Positions 12,903 through 25,244 of a DNA stretch of 64,000 bases are shown in pieces. The translations under genes and the position numbers were made by a program. The stretch is from Mustelus asterias. Taxonomy: Eukaryota. Position 1 is the stretch's first letter. Every line of letters starts with the position of its first letter. Location of the stretch: contig NW_027590142.1 in the NCBI RefSeq assembly GCF_964213995.1, positions 992,001-1,056,000 of the forward strand. The letters are read 5' to 3'. The notes below the pieces were generated by a model. The model was given only the letters and a program-made list of their open reading frames with translations. It was not told where the DNA came from and made no database searches.

Positions 12903-13511
12903 TGCTTTTGTCCGGGATCCGCTCTATCTCTGCAGCAGAAACACAAGGCGGTATCGGAGAGAAGCGTCCTGGTGACATTTGAGGAACAGTATTCCTTTGT
13001 ACAAAGTAGGCAATATTTTTCCACATCCTCCGGGCTATAAATCCTCATTAAATATCTCGGAGTTTCGCTGGGATACAGGAACAGAGTAGGGAGAGTAGCT
13101 GTCGAGTATTTACAATCCAGCATTATGCTCTGTGCTTGGAGAACGCTTAATTCAGATTGATCATTGGACACAGAATCATCACTATTTCTGCAACAAAACA
13201 CAGAATGTATCAAATATCTGCGAGTGAAAATAACACTTGGAACAAATATTCCCCATTTTTTAGTTCGTATATGTCTGTTTTGCTGCAGCTGTTTCTCTGA
13301 TTGTATCTTCCTCTAAATCTATTCCTCATTCATTCATTTATATCACCGGTTCTTGCTCTGCTTAACTCCAGGTCTCGCCTCCAATTCCAATTATTCAATC
13401 CCTCTTGTTTTCTTCCCATATCTCCACCTACATTTCTCCCTTGTCTCTCCCTTACAGGTTTCAATAACAGATATCCCGCATAATGGACCATCAGCTGGTG
13501 CTCAGGTCCAT
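12903..13511 (-). pseudogene. TRAV/TRDV-like: TCR alpha/delta-type V pseudogene (leader 13456-13511 with stops; V exon from 13187; internal deletions; degenerate RSS)
   Basis: DDSVS..SELSV.QAQSIMLDCKYS, YPSETPRYL, LSDTALCFC; leader donor GTAAGG, acceptor TTGCAG; nonamer-like ACAAAAGCA at 12903-12911. Confidence 0.75.
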
Positions 13512-14264
13512 CGTAATATTTTGATACTTTGAAAAAATTCCAGTAGTCATTTTACATTCCACTCCATGGAAGTACTCCAGAATGTGATGCATGTTGCTGT
13601 TGTTAGGAGTGAGATTAATCAACAACTTGCAGCCAATGCACATAGTACAAATCATGTATATCCAACGCCCAACATATCGACAGACATATCAAACACTCCC
13701 GCATTAATATCAAATATTAATTTCCACACCAAATGCCGTTATTAGTCATTTCCTTGGATATAATGAAACACAGGAGGAATTGCAACCGACAGGAATGTTC
13801 TCGGTGCCAATATGAAATAATGCATGTCTATGTGCACATATGATAGGGGAGATCTGAAATAAAAACAGAAAATTGCTGGAAAGACTCTGTGGAGAGAGAA
13901 ACTGAGCTAAACATTTGCGACTTTGAAACTCCGAGTTGGCTGAGCAAAGGAGATAATTCTGCCTTTTACTGTAAAGGATATATGAAAATTCTGTCCCAAG
14001 GCAACTAATCGAAAACCATACATCAGTGTTGCATTTCTACTTTGTCCTCGGTGACGATATGAAAGATATTTACCATGGAAGTAATATATATGATTACGTA
14101 TTCCATTAAACCTCCATTGACGTCATTCTCCTTTAATATTCTGGATCGAGAGAATGCCGAAACCAGGAAACGGCAATTAGTGGAATTGCAGCTTCCCGTT
14201 TTGATTTTAAGTGAGCAATTTTTGAAGGAGAGTGTTGACCATAAAAAACAACTTTCTTTTGCAT

Positions 14265-14586
14265 GGACAATTATCGGTGGAGTGTCTGCGATCTCTCAAT
14301 CACAGCAGATATTAACACAAAAGAGACAATCGATTGAAATCCAATGAAATACAATCACCTGATGCCCTGAGAGCATCCGCTCGTTCAGCCTGCAACAGAA
14401 CCGTGGCCTGAAATTTGTCATTTCATCTGTTAGCAGAAACGCCACAGACTCTTCAAACTCTTCATTCACTCAACAAGACGTTTGACCAGTCCTAATGGAG
14501 ACAGCACATCGGTATCAGGCGCTGGGGTGTGCTACTGTGTCAGTGAGTCACTGAGACACAAAACCCGCACGTAGCAGATAAACTAT
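14265..14586 (+). pseudogene. Degenerate Ig/TCR V segment
   Basis: ISQSQQILTQKRQSIEIQ* (Cys position is a stop), QQNRGLKFVI, GAGVCYCVSE followed by heptamer-like CACTGAG (14549-14555) and an A-rich nonamer-like stretch. Confidence 0.5.
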
Positions 14587-14589
14587 CCA

Positions 14590-15446
14590 GTTATATCCCG
14601 AGGTGATGAGAAGCTTTTTTTATTGGTCGTGGTTCATCCTGAGCAACTCCGTGACGAAGGACTCTGTGCTCTACGGGCTGTTCCCAGGGACAAACCGAGA
14701 CAAGCACCAATTGCTGTTGGAGAATTTTCAACTGGGTAAAATACACCATTTGCCTTCCCGAAACCAGTTGATCTTCATGTGCAAAGAATTGTCCTCGATC
14801 GAGTGTTGCAGACAACACATTCCAGGGCACAGGGCTACCGATTGAGGGACGCACTAAACCTTGGGGCTGTTGCTGCAAAGGCGCAATGAGGAAAACTGCG
14901 ATCTTTCGGCCATTGTGATCTGAGGGGAGCAGAACTCTATATGAATGCCCCGTGCTGTTGGACTCACATTGAATGAATGCAGTGAATATTACACGTCTCG
15001 CAATTCTACTGAAGCACCTGAGAGTGTAACTTGTTCAATGTAGACAACCTAAATAACATCGCCCCTCCTGTATTGACGATCTTGAAATATGTATTATGTT
15101 CCATTGATTGCACTGAAGCTCTTCAATGTGCAACATTATCTTTGCAGAAAACTTCAGTATCACTGCACTTTCTGAAATGACCATTTTGCAACGTTCTGTA
15201 ATGTTTCATTGAATGCGTTGAAGCACGTCAGAGTGCAAAATTATCTGTGTCCGAAACCTAAACGTTATTGCACTTTCTGTAAAAACCGTTCTGAAAAATT
15301 CTGTAATGTTCCTTTAATTATACACAGAGTGCAACAGCTTCATTGTCGAAACCTTGAATGTTATTGCACTTGCTGTTATGGCCATTTTGAAGTATTTTGT
15401 AATGTTCTTTCAGATACTTTATGAATAAGTTTTCTTTTGGAAAAAA
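14590..15446 (+). mobile_element. Decayed Tx1/L1-like 3' fragment (second family)
   Basis: SWFILSNSVTKDSVLYGLFPG-type C-terminal ORF2 peptide, long AT-rich 3' UTR ending gaataagttttcttttggaaaaaa. Confidence 0.55.
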
Positions 15447-15524
15447 GCACAACGTCCCAGTTTGCGAGTTCACAATCCTCACAGCTGTCACTGCTCCCTT
15501 CAGTAAGTTGACTACATTGTGAAC

Positions 15525-17368
15525 TACTGGTGAATACATAGAGCTTCTACAAATACATAAAAGGCAAAAGAATAACAAGGAAGAGAGTAGGGTCTGTTAA
15601 GGATCAACTAGGTCATCGATGTGCGGATCCACAACAGCTGGGTCAGATCCGAAATGAATATTTCTTATAAGTATTTATTGTTGAGAAAAGCATAGATGTT
15701 CGGGGCCTTGGGGAAATAAATAGTGATGTCTTGAGGAGTGTACATATTACTGAGAAGGAGGTGTTGGAAGTCTTAAAGCGCATCAAGGTGGATAAATCCC
15801 CGGGATCTGATGAAATGTATCCCAGGACATTGTAGGAGGCGAGGGAGGAAATTGCGAGTCCCCCAGCAGAGATATTTGAATCATCGACAGTCACAGGTGA
15901 TGTGCCTGAAGATTTGAGGGAGGCAAATGTTGTGCCTTTGTTTTAAAAGGGCTGCAGGGAAAAGCCTGGGAACTACAGGCCAGTGAGCCTCATACCTGTG
16001 GTGGGTAAGTTGTAAGGTATTTTGAGAGGCAAGATCTGCAGGAATTTAGAGACGCAGGAACTGATTAGGGACATTCAGCATGGCTTTGTGAGTGGAAAAA
16101 TCATGTCTCACAAACTTGATTATGCTTTTTGAAGGGGTAACCAAGAAGGTAGATGAGGGCAGTGCAGGTGATGTTGTCTACATGGACTTTAGCAAGGCTT
16201 TTCACAAGGTACCGCATGGCAGGTTGTTGCATAAGGTTAAATATCATGGGATCCAGGGCGACGTAGCTAAATGGATACAAAATTGGGTTGATGACACAAG
16301 CCAGAGGGTAATTGCCGAGGGTTGTTTTTCAAACTGGAGGCCTGTGACCAGAGGTTTGCCTGAGGGATCAGTACTGGGTCCGCTGTTATTTGTCATTTAT
16401 ATTAATGATTTGGATGAGAATATAGGAGGCATGGTTAGTAAGTTTCCAGATGACACCAAGATTGGTGGCATAGTACACATTGAAGAAGGTTTTCTCGGAC
16501 TGCAACGGGATCTTGATCAATTGACCAGTGGGCTGACGAATGCAGATGGAATTTAGTTTAGATAAATGCGAGGTGATGCATTTTGGTAGATTGAACCAAG
16601 GCAGGACTTACTCAGTTAATGGTAGGGCGTTGGGGAGAGTTACAGAACAAAGACATCTAGGGGTACATGTTCATCGCTCCTTGAAAGTACAGTCACGGGT
16701 GGACAGAGTGGTGAAGACGGCATTCAGAATGGTTGTTTTCATTGGTTAGAGCATTGAATACAGTAGTTAGGACGTCTTTTTGAAGTTGTACAAGACATTG
16801 GTAAGGCCACACTTAGAATATTGTGTACATTTCTGGTCACCCTATTATAGAAAGGATATTATTAAACTAGAAAGAGTGGAGACAATATTTACTAGGATGC
16901 TACCGGGACTTGATGGTTTGAGTTGTAAGGAGAGGCTGGATAGACTGGGACTTTTTTTCTCTGGAGCGTCGAAGGCTGAGGGGTGATCTTACATAGGTCT
17001 ATAAAATAATGAGGGGTAGATCAGCTAGATAGTCAATATCTTTTCCCAATGGTGGGGGAGTCTAAAGCTAGAGGCATAGGTTTAAGGTGAGAGGGAGACC
17101 GTACAAAAGTGTCCAGAGGGGCAATTTTTTCACACAGAGGGTGGTGAGTGTCTGGAACAAGCTGCCAGAGGTATTAGTAGACGCGGGTACAATTTTGTCT
17201 TTTGAAAAGCATTTAGAAAGTTACATGGGTCTGATGGGTATAGAGGGATATGAGCCAAATGCGGGCAATTGGGACTAGCTTCAGGGTTTGAAAAAAAGGG
17301 CAGCATGGACAAGTTGGGTCAAAGGGCCTGTTTCCATGTTGTAAACTTATATGACTCTATGACTCTAT
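15525..17368 (+). mobile_element. CR1/HER1-type LINE, 5'-truncated and frameshifted
   Basis: [53 protein letters not shown]; tail atgactctatgactctat. Confidence 0.95.
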
Positions 17369-17409
17369 GGTACTATCCATTCCTCAGGAAAATGGTTACT
17401 CGGGCCGGC

Positions 17410-17640
17410 TGAAGCATGTTAGCATTTTACTGCTCTTTATTTCTATGTATTTTGTTAACGTTGAGCTCTTGACTGTTGTGCGGGAAAGGTTAATCCAAAT
17501 TAATATCATCACCGCGATATTGAGCCAGGTCTGCACCGACAGCAGTTATTTGTTCAGTCACTTCAGTTGCAGACGGAGATCTGTGCACCGTACAGACAAG
17601 GAGGAGTCTGTTGACCTATTGTGCCTGTGCCAGGACTTCG
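17410..17640 (+). pseudogene. Remnant V segment (leader-like exon plus FR1), truncated by a Rex element
   Basis: Hydrophobic (L)KHVSILLLFISMYFVN with mutated start and donor; after TTGTTCAG, DGD-(frameshift)-SVHRTDKEESVDLLC resembles DGDSV of the 19.4-kb V. Confidence 0.4.
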
Positions 17641-17674
17641 CATGGGCTATCCAAATAAGTCCACATCCCTGCTC

Positions 17675-18100
17675 TTTACAAAGAGTCCTGAAGGAAACTT
17701 GGTCCATCACGCAAACCAGCCTCCCATCCACTGACTCTGTCTACACTTCCCGCTGCCTCAGAAAAGCGCCCGGCATAATCAAGGACCCCATGCACACCGG
17801 GCATACGCTTCTCCACCTTATTCCGTTGGGAAAAAGAAACGGATGTCTGAGGTCACGTACCAACCGACTGAAGGACGGCTTCTCCCCTGCTGCCATCGGA
17901 CTTTTAAATGGATCTACCATACATTAAGCTGTTATTTCTCTACACCCTGGTTTTAATTGTAACACTGCATCCTGCACCCTCTCCTGTCCTTCTCCCCTAT
18001 GTTCTCTATGTATGGTAAACTTTGTCTGTATAGCATGCAAGAAACAATACTTTCCACTGTAGACCAGTGTTTGTGAAAATGCTAAATCAAATCAAATCAA
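17675..18100 (+). mobile_element. Rex1/Babar LINE 3' fragment
   Basis: SRCLRKA..IIKDP.H.GH.L..L.P.GKR...RSRTNRLK..F.PAAI.LLN; (aatca)n tail. Confidence 0.8.
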
Positions 18101-18311
18101 GTTTATCCAAACCCAAGACAATTCCTCCTATACATCTTTTGAAACAATATTCAGTTATTTCATTCAGAAAAACAATGAGAGAAATAAAACCTGAAATAGA
18201 GGCATGCATTCTAATGAGCATTTTCTAAAATTTTATACTGTTGACGGATTGCGATATTAAGAATGCTGAAAATTTATTGTACTGAGCTGGTGCTCCCAGT
18301 TTGTCTGATTC

Positions 18312-18392
18312 TAGGAGCAGCGCTCCGGAAGCTTGTGCTACCAAATAAACCTGTTGGACTTTAACCTGGTGTTGTGAGAGTTCTTACTGTCA
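18312..18392 (+). mobile_element. Penelope pLTR fragment
   Basis: ggagcagcgctccggaagcttgtg...ccaaataaacctgttggactttaacctggtgttgt, as at 23 kb and 42.8 kb. Confidence 0.75.
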
Positions 18393-18577
18393 TGAATTAG
18401 CGCAGAAAGGAGCTCTCAGCTAATTGGATGAATCCAGAGCAAAGAGCCCAGGAGCTTATTGGATATCAGCTGATGACGCTGCCAGGAATAAACCAATTTG
18501 TAGATTGTGGTATCCAATCAGCTCTTTATTCTCTAATCAGTGCTCTCCACTCTTCCGACCATAGGTTCTGTAGGGTG

Positions 18578-18585
18578 TGACGTCA
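18578..18585 (+). promoter_or_regulatory. CRE/ATF palindrome in V-gene promoter
   Basis: TGACGTCA ~100 bp upstream of the leader ATG; CRE-like motifs are typical of TCR V promoters; CCAAT nearby. Confidence 0.6.
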
Positions 18586-18676
18586 GATCAGCCACAGCCA
18601 ATGCTCTCAGCTTTATCTTGTTCAAGCTTCTGCAGCTTTTGGAGAAACAAGTCCCTGGAATCCAGGAGCAGCAGCA

Positions 18677-19717
18677 ATGCGGCTCCCCGTTTTCACTCTG
18701 ATCTGGGTGACATTCATTGTTGATGAGTTTAATACTTTAAAAATGAGTTATTTTCTGGAGGAATAAAGTTGAAAAGCAGGACATTCATGTTATACAGGTA
18801 TTGGACAAATGAATTCTTGCGAGTGGTTTTAGTCTTTTGAAAATAGATTCGAAAAGCACACTGAAAAGGCGATTTCGAGAAATGGTACTCGGATTGGGAG
18901 ATGAGAGCTATCAGAATGCAAGATTATGATTACTTTCTCGACTGACCAAAGAAACTAACGCAAACCTGACTGATCTATTTATAATGATAACGAGGATTGG
19001 CGTGGTGGACGGGGAGAGGATGATTCCACTTGTAGGAGGAATCCAAATATATGTCCCAAAATTCTAATGAAACAAATAGATCAACTGGGAATCGGAGAGA
19101 AACATCTTTAGAAAGAGTTGGGTAGAATGTGACTCATATTAACACAATGAACACTTGAGGAGAGGAGCAAATACTTATTTAAAGGTAAACTAAACTAAAC
19201 AGCTGAGGAAGAAAGGGACAACTGCATTGAGAAGAGGCGAGAGGGAGGAATCTCCAGGGGACTGTAAACGGGAACATAGATCAGTTGGAGAGAATGTGGT
19301 ATGATTCAATACATTCAATACATATTTTTATGTTGCACTGTCAGTGAATTTTCTCCCTTAGTTCAATTGAACTTTTAATCAATGTTTTTCCTTTCTTTAA
19401 CCGTGTGTTTCAGATCTGAGCGATGGAGATTCTGTTCCTCAGCGGGAATCCTCACTCACACGGACAGAGGGAGAAGATGTCACTTTAAACTGCACCTTTA
19501 CCGACGATGCTTATTATTTATTTTGGTATCGTCAATACCCAGGAAAACAGCCTGAGTTTGCAGTCCGGAGAGACAAGAAGGGCGGTTTTGAATTAAAGGC
19601 GGATTTCGCTCGGACTCGGTTTTCTGATTCAGTCCAGCAGTCAGACAATTTGTACCGAGTGACTATTTCGGAGCTGCGGCTGTCTGACACCGCGGTCTAT
19701 TACTGTGCACAGAGTCT
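18677..19717 (+). pseudogene. TRAV/TRDV-like: TCR alpha/delta-type V segment: leader 18677-18722, intact V exon 19414-19717, leader donor mutated GT>AT
   Basis: Leader MRLPVFTLIWVTFIV then ATGAGT; V exon DGDSVPQRESSLTRTEGEDVTLNC...LFWYRQYPGKQPEF...LSDTAVYYCAQS with no stops. Confidence 0.92.
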
Positions 19718-19756
19718 CACAGTGATGAGAACGAGTGAAATCCTCGTACAAAAACT
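19718..19756 (+). other. 23-bp-spacer recombination signal sequence
   Basis: CACAGTG + 23 nt + ACAAAAACT. Confidence 0.95.
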
Positions 19757-21129
19757 GCCGCAAGTTTCTGAGTCACAGCTGCTGTCTGTCGAGTGTTGTT
19801 TCTAACAGCGGGTTATACACTAACACGTCAATACATTCCTGTGAACGCAAACCAGCCCACAATTCACACAAACACCATCTAAAATCGTTCACAGAATCCG
19901 TCTGATTATTACATTCACTGTGCGAGGGAAGAATTAGCTGTTGTTTATTTGGAATCACCGGGAAATCGGCACTAATATTGAGAATTCAAAATGCTGCAGG
20001 TAGCCTTGAACTAGTTGTACCCTTGTTCTGATGTTTCAAAGAAACTCGGGGCAAAGAAACGAATACAGTTTGGTTTGATATGTCAGTCAATAGTGTAAAC
20101 TGATGCCCGCCTGCTGAGGCAAATCCTCATAATCACATCAGCCTGATTAAACATCTCTCAATGTTACAGTAATGAAATAAAAGTATCAACTGGGAATCGA
20201 AGAGAAACTTCATTGGAAAGAGTTCGGAAGAATGTGACTCATATTAACACAATGAACACTTGACACATATTAAAACTCAGAATTCTTAACAGTAAAGGTA
20301 CAAAAGTTTATTTCAATACATGCTTAGAATCCAATGAACAATGATTAATATCTCTATTAATAATGTCGGAGGACAGGTTTGGTGTACTCTAGAGACTGGA
20401 ACATTTGGTAAGAAAATCGACTGAATGCAGAAACCTAATTGAGAAGAGCGTCAGAAAGTTCCTGAAGGACAACTAGGGATGGGCAATAAATAGCGGCCGA
20501 GCCAGCAAAGCCCACATGCCCGAAAGTCTTTCTTTAAAAGTCTGCTGTAATCACCAGAAGTGCTTTGGGAAATCGAAACCGCGGGATAAGTCTTTATGCT
20601 CAGACAAATATTTTGTTGGGATATGGGCCAAACGCGGGCAATTGGGACTTGCATAGTGGTTAGAAGAGGGTAGCATGGACAAGTTGGGCAGAAGGGTCTG
20701 TTTCCATGCTGTAAACCTCTATGACTCTATGACTCTGTGACTACTTCCATATCCGTTATTTCCCTGAATATCCACAAATCTATCAACTGCCTTCAAGAAA
20801 TCAAACGACTGTACAATCATCGCTCTCTTTGACACATAGAGTGCATTAAAGCGAATGTATGGTTTTTGACTGAGATGATTTTTGAGATATGACTCTGATT
20901 AGTTTTATTTCATGTTGTAATAACAGCACCAGAGTCTCCTATTCAGAGTTGCTCGTAAACGACAGAAACTACTATAAAGAGGGATTTTACATACACTGAC
21001 AGACATTCAGCACAAAGAACCTGATCATTCGGTTTAATTGGTTTTAATGAGATGATTTTGTTTCTATTAACTGTTCACAATCCAGCTCAGAGATCGGATT
21101 CAGTGAGAGGAGGTGAGAATGCCTTTGCT

Positions 21130-21606
21130 GGTTTTTGTACGGACTAACTGCGTCTCTGTAACTGCGGTTCAGCGCACACTGTTACAGATACACGGCAGAG
21201 ACAGAGACACGGACCCCGGTGATATTTAATGGAGCTGTTTTCTTGTCTCTGTCCAAATTAGCAGAAAACTGGTCCGAAACATCAGGAGACTTATCCCCCT
21301 TCCCCTTGCCGTAACTTTTCACTAAATATCTCGGAGCTTCTCCGGGGTACAGGATGTACCAGAATAGAGTTTGGTCAACGTACTTAGCTTTATAACTGCA
21401 GTTCAAAATTACCGTCTGTACTTCCTGAACCGTTAATTCAGGCGGCTCCTGGGAAACTGAAGTTTGGCCATTGGTTCCTGTAACAACATATAGACTGTGT
21501 GAGAAATCTGTGAGTGAATATAACCCATTGAACACACACTGAGGATTTGAGCACAGACTCACGGGGCAGCATGTCCATTATTATCAGTAGAACACGCAGG
21601 GAACAT
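21130..21606 (-). pseudogene. TRAV/TRDV-like: TCR alpha/delta-type V pseudogene (leader 21563-21606 frameshifted; V exon 21167-21477 with a stop before the second Cys)
   Basis: SVSQEPPELTVQEVQTVILNCSY...LFWYILYPGEAPRYL...SAVYL*QCAL; heptamer-like CGCAGTT, 21-nt spacer, nonamer ACAAAAACC at 21130-21138. Confidence 0.9.
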
Positions 21607-22532
21607 GTGGTTCCTGAATGGACAGTAAACAGCGACACTGTTTAAAATATGTTGTTGCTTCTAGTCTTATATCACGGAGTAAACTCAGACCAGAGGCAGC
21701 TTCAATAATTGGCAAATTGGGGGGTTTTCCCAGTGTTGCAATTGGCTGGTCCCCTTGAGATAACGTCAGCTGTGGACCAAACACTGTTAGTGGAGGACTA
21801 AACACAGCTGGCTCCCTCCAAACACATTCCATCCCGGGCTGTGTGTGTTTTTCTCACGCTCTTTCTCTCTCCATGAGAGGTGAATAACATTATCAGTTAC
21901 ACTGTCTCTTTCTCGGTTAACCCTCTTTCATTCGAACTCAATGTCCCCCTTTTTATAGATAGATTTTTCTTTCTAAATAAAGTTAAAAGTGAAATAAATA
22001 ATTTACCCTCATTTACTCTGCGGGTATTAATGAGTGCATCCACTGCATGAACATAATAGTAGCTACTGCTTTATTTATACCGGGGATAAGTAATCACCCA
22101 AGTCCACATTGACTTGCATTTCCACTGGGATTACTCTTATACTGGGAAAGTACTGATTCAATCAGTCATGATTTCTGTCCAGAAACTTCAGAATGTGACA
22201 ACTCTCAGTGTGCCTTTAATATTGGATCACATTTAACAGGTTCCCCTGACAGATAGGCATCTGATACAGAAAGATGGGAAGTACTGATTTATTAAGTTAT
22301 TCACTCGGGACATCTGTGGGTTTTGTGATTTTGATCAGGAAATGATTGGATTTATACAGGAATAATCTGAGCGCCAAATGTCACATTTCCCCAACAGTGA
22401 CAATCACTGACGTTAGGGAGGGAAAGCCACTCAGCTGGGGCAGCATTGTCAGGTTCATCATCTGTACATTTTCTCTGAAATTCAATGCAATGTGTTTTGC
22501 GGACAAGGAACCATTGATTGAGGACCTGCGCC

Positions 22533-22571
22533 AGTTTTTGTACGAAGCCCGCGGGATCCTCATTCAGTGTG
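22533..22571 (-). other. 23-bp-spacer recombination signal sequence
   Basis: CACACTG + 23 nt + ACAAAAACT on the minus strand. Confidence 0.9.
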
Positions 22572-23336
22572 GGTCTCAGTGCACAGTAATACACGGCGTT
22601 ATCTGTCATCTTCAAATCTTTCATGGACAAGTGAAAAGTGCTTTGTGTCTCGCTGAGATTCCAGCTGAAATGTTTAAAGCCGGGAGCCGTATCGGTAAAT
22701 CCATAACTCTCGGCTCTGAGCAGATACTGAGGAGCTCGGTGTGGATACTGGCGATACCAGAACAGGACATAGACTGTAGGTAAACCCTATACAGAGTAAC
22801 TGCAGGGTATTGCTGAATCTTCACCCTCTGCTGCTTCAACTCTTGGTTCTGACTGGGACACTGAGTCACCGTTATTCATCTCTGAAAACAGACAACAGAC
22901 ACGCAGCGGTTTAGAAGGAGTAACAACAACGGAATAATCGCCTAGAAATGGAAATGGGCAATGAATATGGTGATTGGCGGATTTCAGTCAAAGGTTCAAA
23001 ATGACCGTCCTGTGAGCAGGACAATAAGAAGTTTCACAACACCAGGTTAAAGTCCAACAGGTTTATTTGGTAGCAAAAGCCACACAAGCTTTCGGAGCTC
23101 CAAGCCCCTTCTTCAGGTGAGTGAAGGGGCTTGGAGCTCCGATAGCTTGTGTGGCTTTTGCTACCAAATAAACCTGTTGGACTTTAAGCTGGTGTTGTTA
23201 AACTTCTTATTGTGTTTACCCCAGTCCAACGCCGGCATCTCCACATCACCAGGACAATAACCAGAGACAGACAGACTTTCACCTCCATAGTTCCAGTCTG
23301 AACACCAGAAACAGAGGCAGTGATCACTGTCTGCAT
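22572..23336 (-). pseudogene. TRAV/TRDV-like: TCR alpha/delta-type V pseudogene (V exon 22572-22881, in-frame TAG at 22787-22789; degenerate leader ~23283-23336)
   Basis: GDSVSQSEPRVEAAEGEDSAIPCSYSV*...LFWYRQYPHRAPQYLL...DLKMTDNAVYYCALRP. Confidence 0.92.
23017..23260. mobile_element. Penelope-derived fold-back mini-element with hammerhead motif, flanked by caggacaataa repeats
   Basis: ~90-bp inverted arms; minus strand cac-CTGAAGA-a-ggggc-ttgga-gctcc-GAAA-gctt-gtg; direct repeats at 23017-23027 and 23250-23260. Confidence 0.85.
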
Positions 23337-23564
23337 AAGACCTGGAAATGGAGAAGTTGAAACAGTCAGTGGAATGGTATGAGGCCGAAAGTCACTTCGT
23401 CTCTCCGCCCATTTTTACATCTTCAAACAGACGCTTCCTCTCGAAGGGAATCGTGATTTTTCATAAGTGATCAGAGAGCGCCCTCCCGTGGACAGCAATG
23501 CCGCATATTGGAAACAGATACACACACGGTCACCTGTAAAGGCTGATAGATAGATATCTAGATA

Positions 23565-23797
23565 ATAGAATCATAGAATCATAGAATTTGTACAGTACAG
23601 AAAAATGCCATTCGGCCCAACGAGTCTGTACCGATCACAAACCTACCCAGGCCCTCTTCCCGTAACCTCATACATTAACCCCGCTAATCCCCCTGACACT
23701 AGGGTCAGTTTATCATGGCCAATCAAACTAACCTGTACATCTTTGGACTGTTGGAGGAAACTGGAGCACACGGAAGAAACCCACGCAGACACGGGGA
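23565..23797 (-). mobile_element. HE1 SINE, 5'-truncated
   Basis: Core and (ttctatga)n tail on the minus strand. Confidence 0.8.
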
Positions 23798-24423
23798 GAG
23801 CAGATACACACACGGCCACGTGCAAAGACCAACACGTGTCAGGATATATAAACATATAGATAAAAGCCCAGACACAGACATCAATTCCAATGTCCCTCGT
23901 TATAAATCCGGAATTATTCTGTAGATTTCTGACACATTAGTCTGAGTTGCTAACTATGAAAACACACGAATAACTCCAACTCCGTGTTCACTAGAAGCCT
24001 CGTGAACCGCACAGAATCAACAAAAGCATAGACACAGGGACAAGTAAACACAGTGATCGATTCTCAAACTGATCGACTCAAACACACACAGACAATCACT
24101 AAGGAAGATAAACAAACAGACTAAAACAGCCACTGACACACTCAAGAGAAGTTCACCCATGGACAATGTCAAAAGCGTACTAGCTCCAGAGTAAACTTCC
24201 TGAACTGGAATTCCCTGGGGTCGTGTCAGTGCGGCAATATCGTGTTAGATATTCATTGCGATGGAACTGCCCATTTTAACAACAGGAACAGCCAGAAATC
24301 TATTTCTCATCAATGGTGATCATTAATTGATGACTCAACAGTGGACACTTTTGGAGAATAAGCAATAATGGATGTATTTATTTTTACAGCCAGACATATT
24401 CTGGATGTGTCCATATCATGTTT

Positions 24424-24712
24424 AAAGTTTATTTATTAATGTCACAGCTGGATTACATTAATACTGCAATGAAGTTACTGTGAAAATCCCCTAGTCGCCA
24501 CACTTCGCCACCTGTTCGGGTACACGAAGGGAGAAATTTAGCATGGGAATGCACCTAACCAGCACGTCTTTCGGACTGTGGGAGGAAACTGGAGCAAATC
24601 CACACAGACACAGGAAGGACGTGCAAACTCCACTCAGACCCAAGCCAGGAATCGAACCCGAGTCCCTGGCGTTGTGAGGCAGCAGTGTGCCACTGTGCTA
24701 CCGTGCCACCCC
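24424..24712 (-). mobile_element. HE1-related SINE, alternative tail
   Basis: Head and core on the minus strand; tail as at 2424. Confidence 0.85.
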
Positions 24713-25244
24713 GTGTGAGGTCAGTGTAGGTAAGACAGATTCCCCACCCATTCTCGAGGTTGCCAGATCGGATGTTTGGGACACAGGAGGACAACACAAG
24801 GAGACTGCTTCAGGTATAGGTGATTAATTCTCCTCTGTTATATTCCACACTCTGGAAAGTTGTGGAGTTAATTAGTTATATTATATATAATTCAGAAATA
24901 ATGGGGAGATGCTTCATCCGATTAAACTCGTTTTGTAAATTTTGTAAATTTGTAAATATATGTTTACATTGAAAACTATATTGGGAAGCTATATCCAATA
25001 CTTCATGCCATTGGGTCAGGGAAACGTTGTTACTTAAAGCAAACTGTACATGGATTCCACAGAAACTCCTTCTTCAAATGGGGATTGGACAATGACTTGA
25101 AAGGGAGAAAAATCAGCTTCATGGAATGAGAGAAGGAAATTGAAATGAGAACAAAGAACAGTGCAGCACAGGAACAGGCCCTTCGGCCCACCAAGCCCGC
25201 ACCGATACATCAGTTTGGTAGCTCATCATAATATAACTGGCAGA

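Noticed and set aside
21167-21190. Palindromic CTGTAACAG near the V end as germline P-nucleotides from RAG cleavage
   Set aside because: It lies inside the coding end before the Cys codon rather than at the heptamer border, and is too short to distinguish from chance
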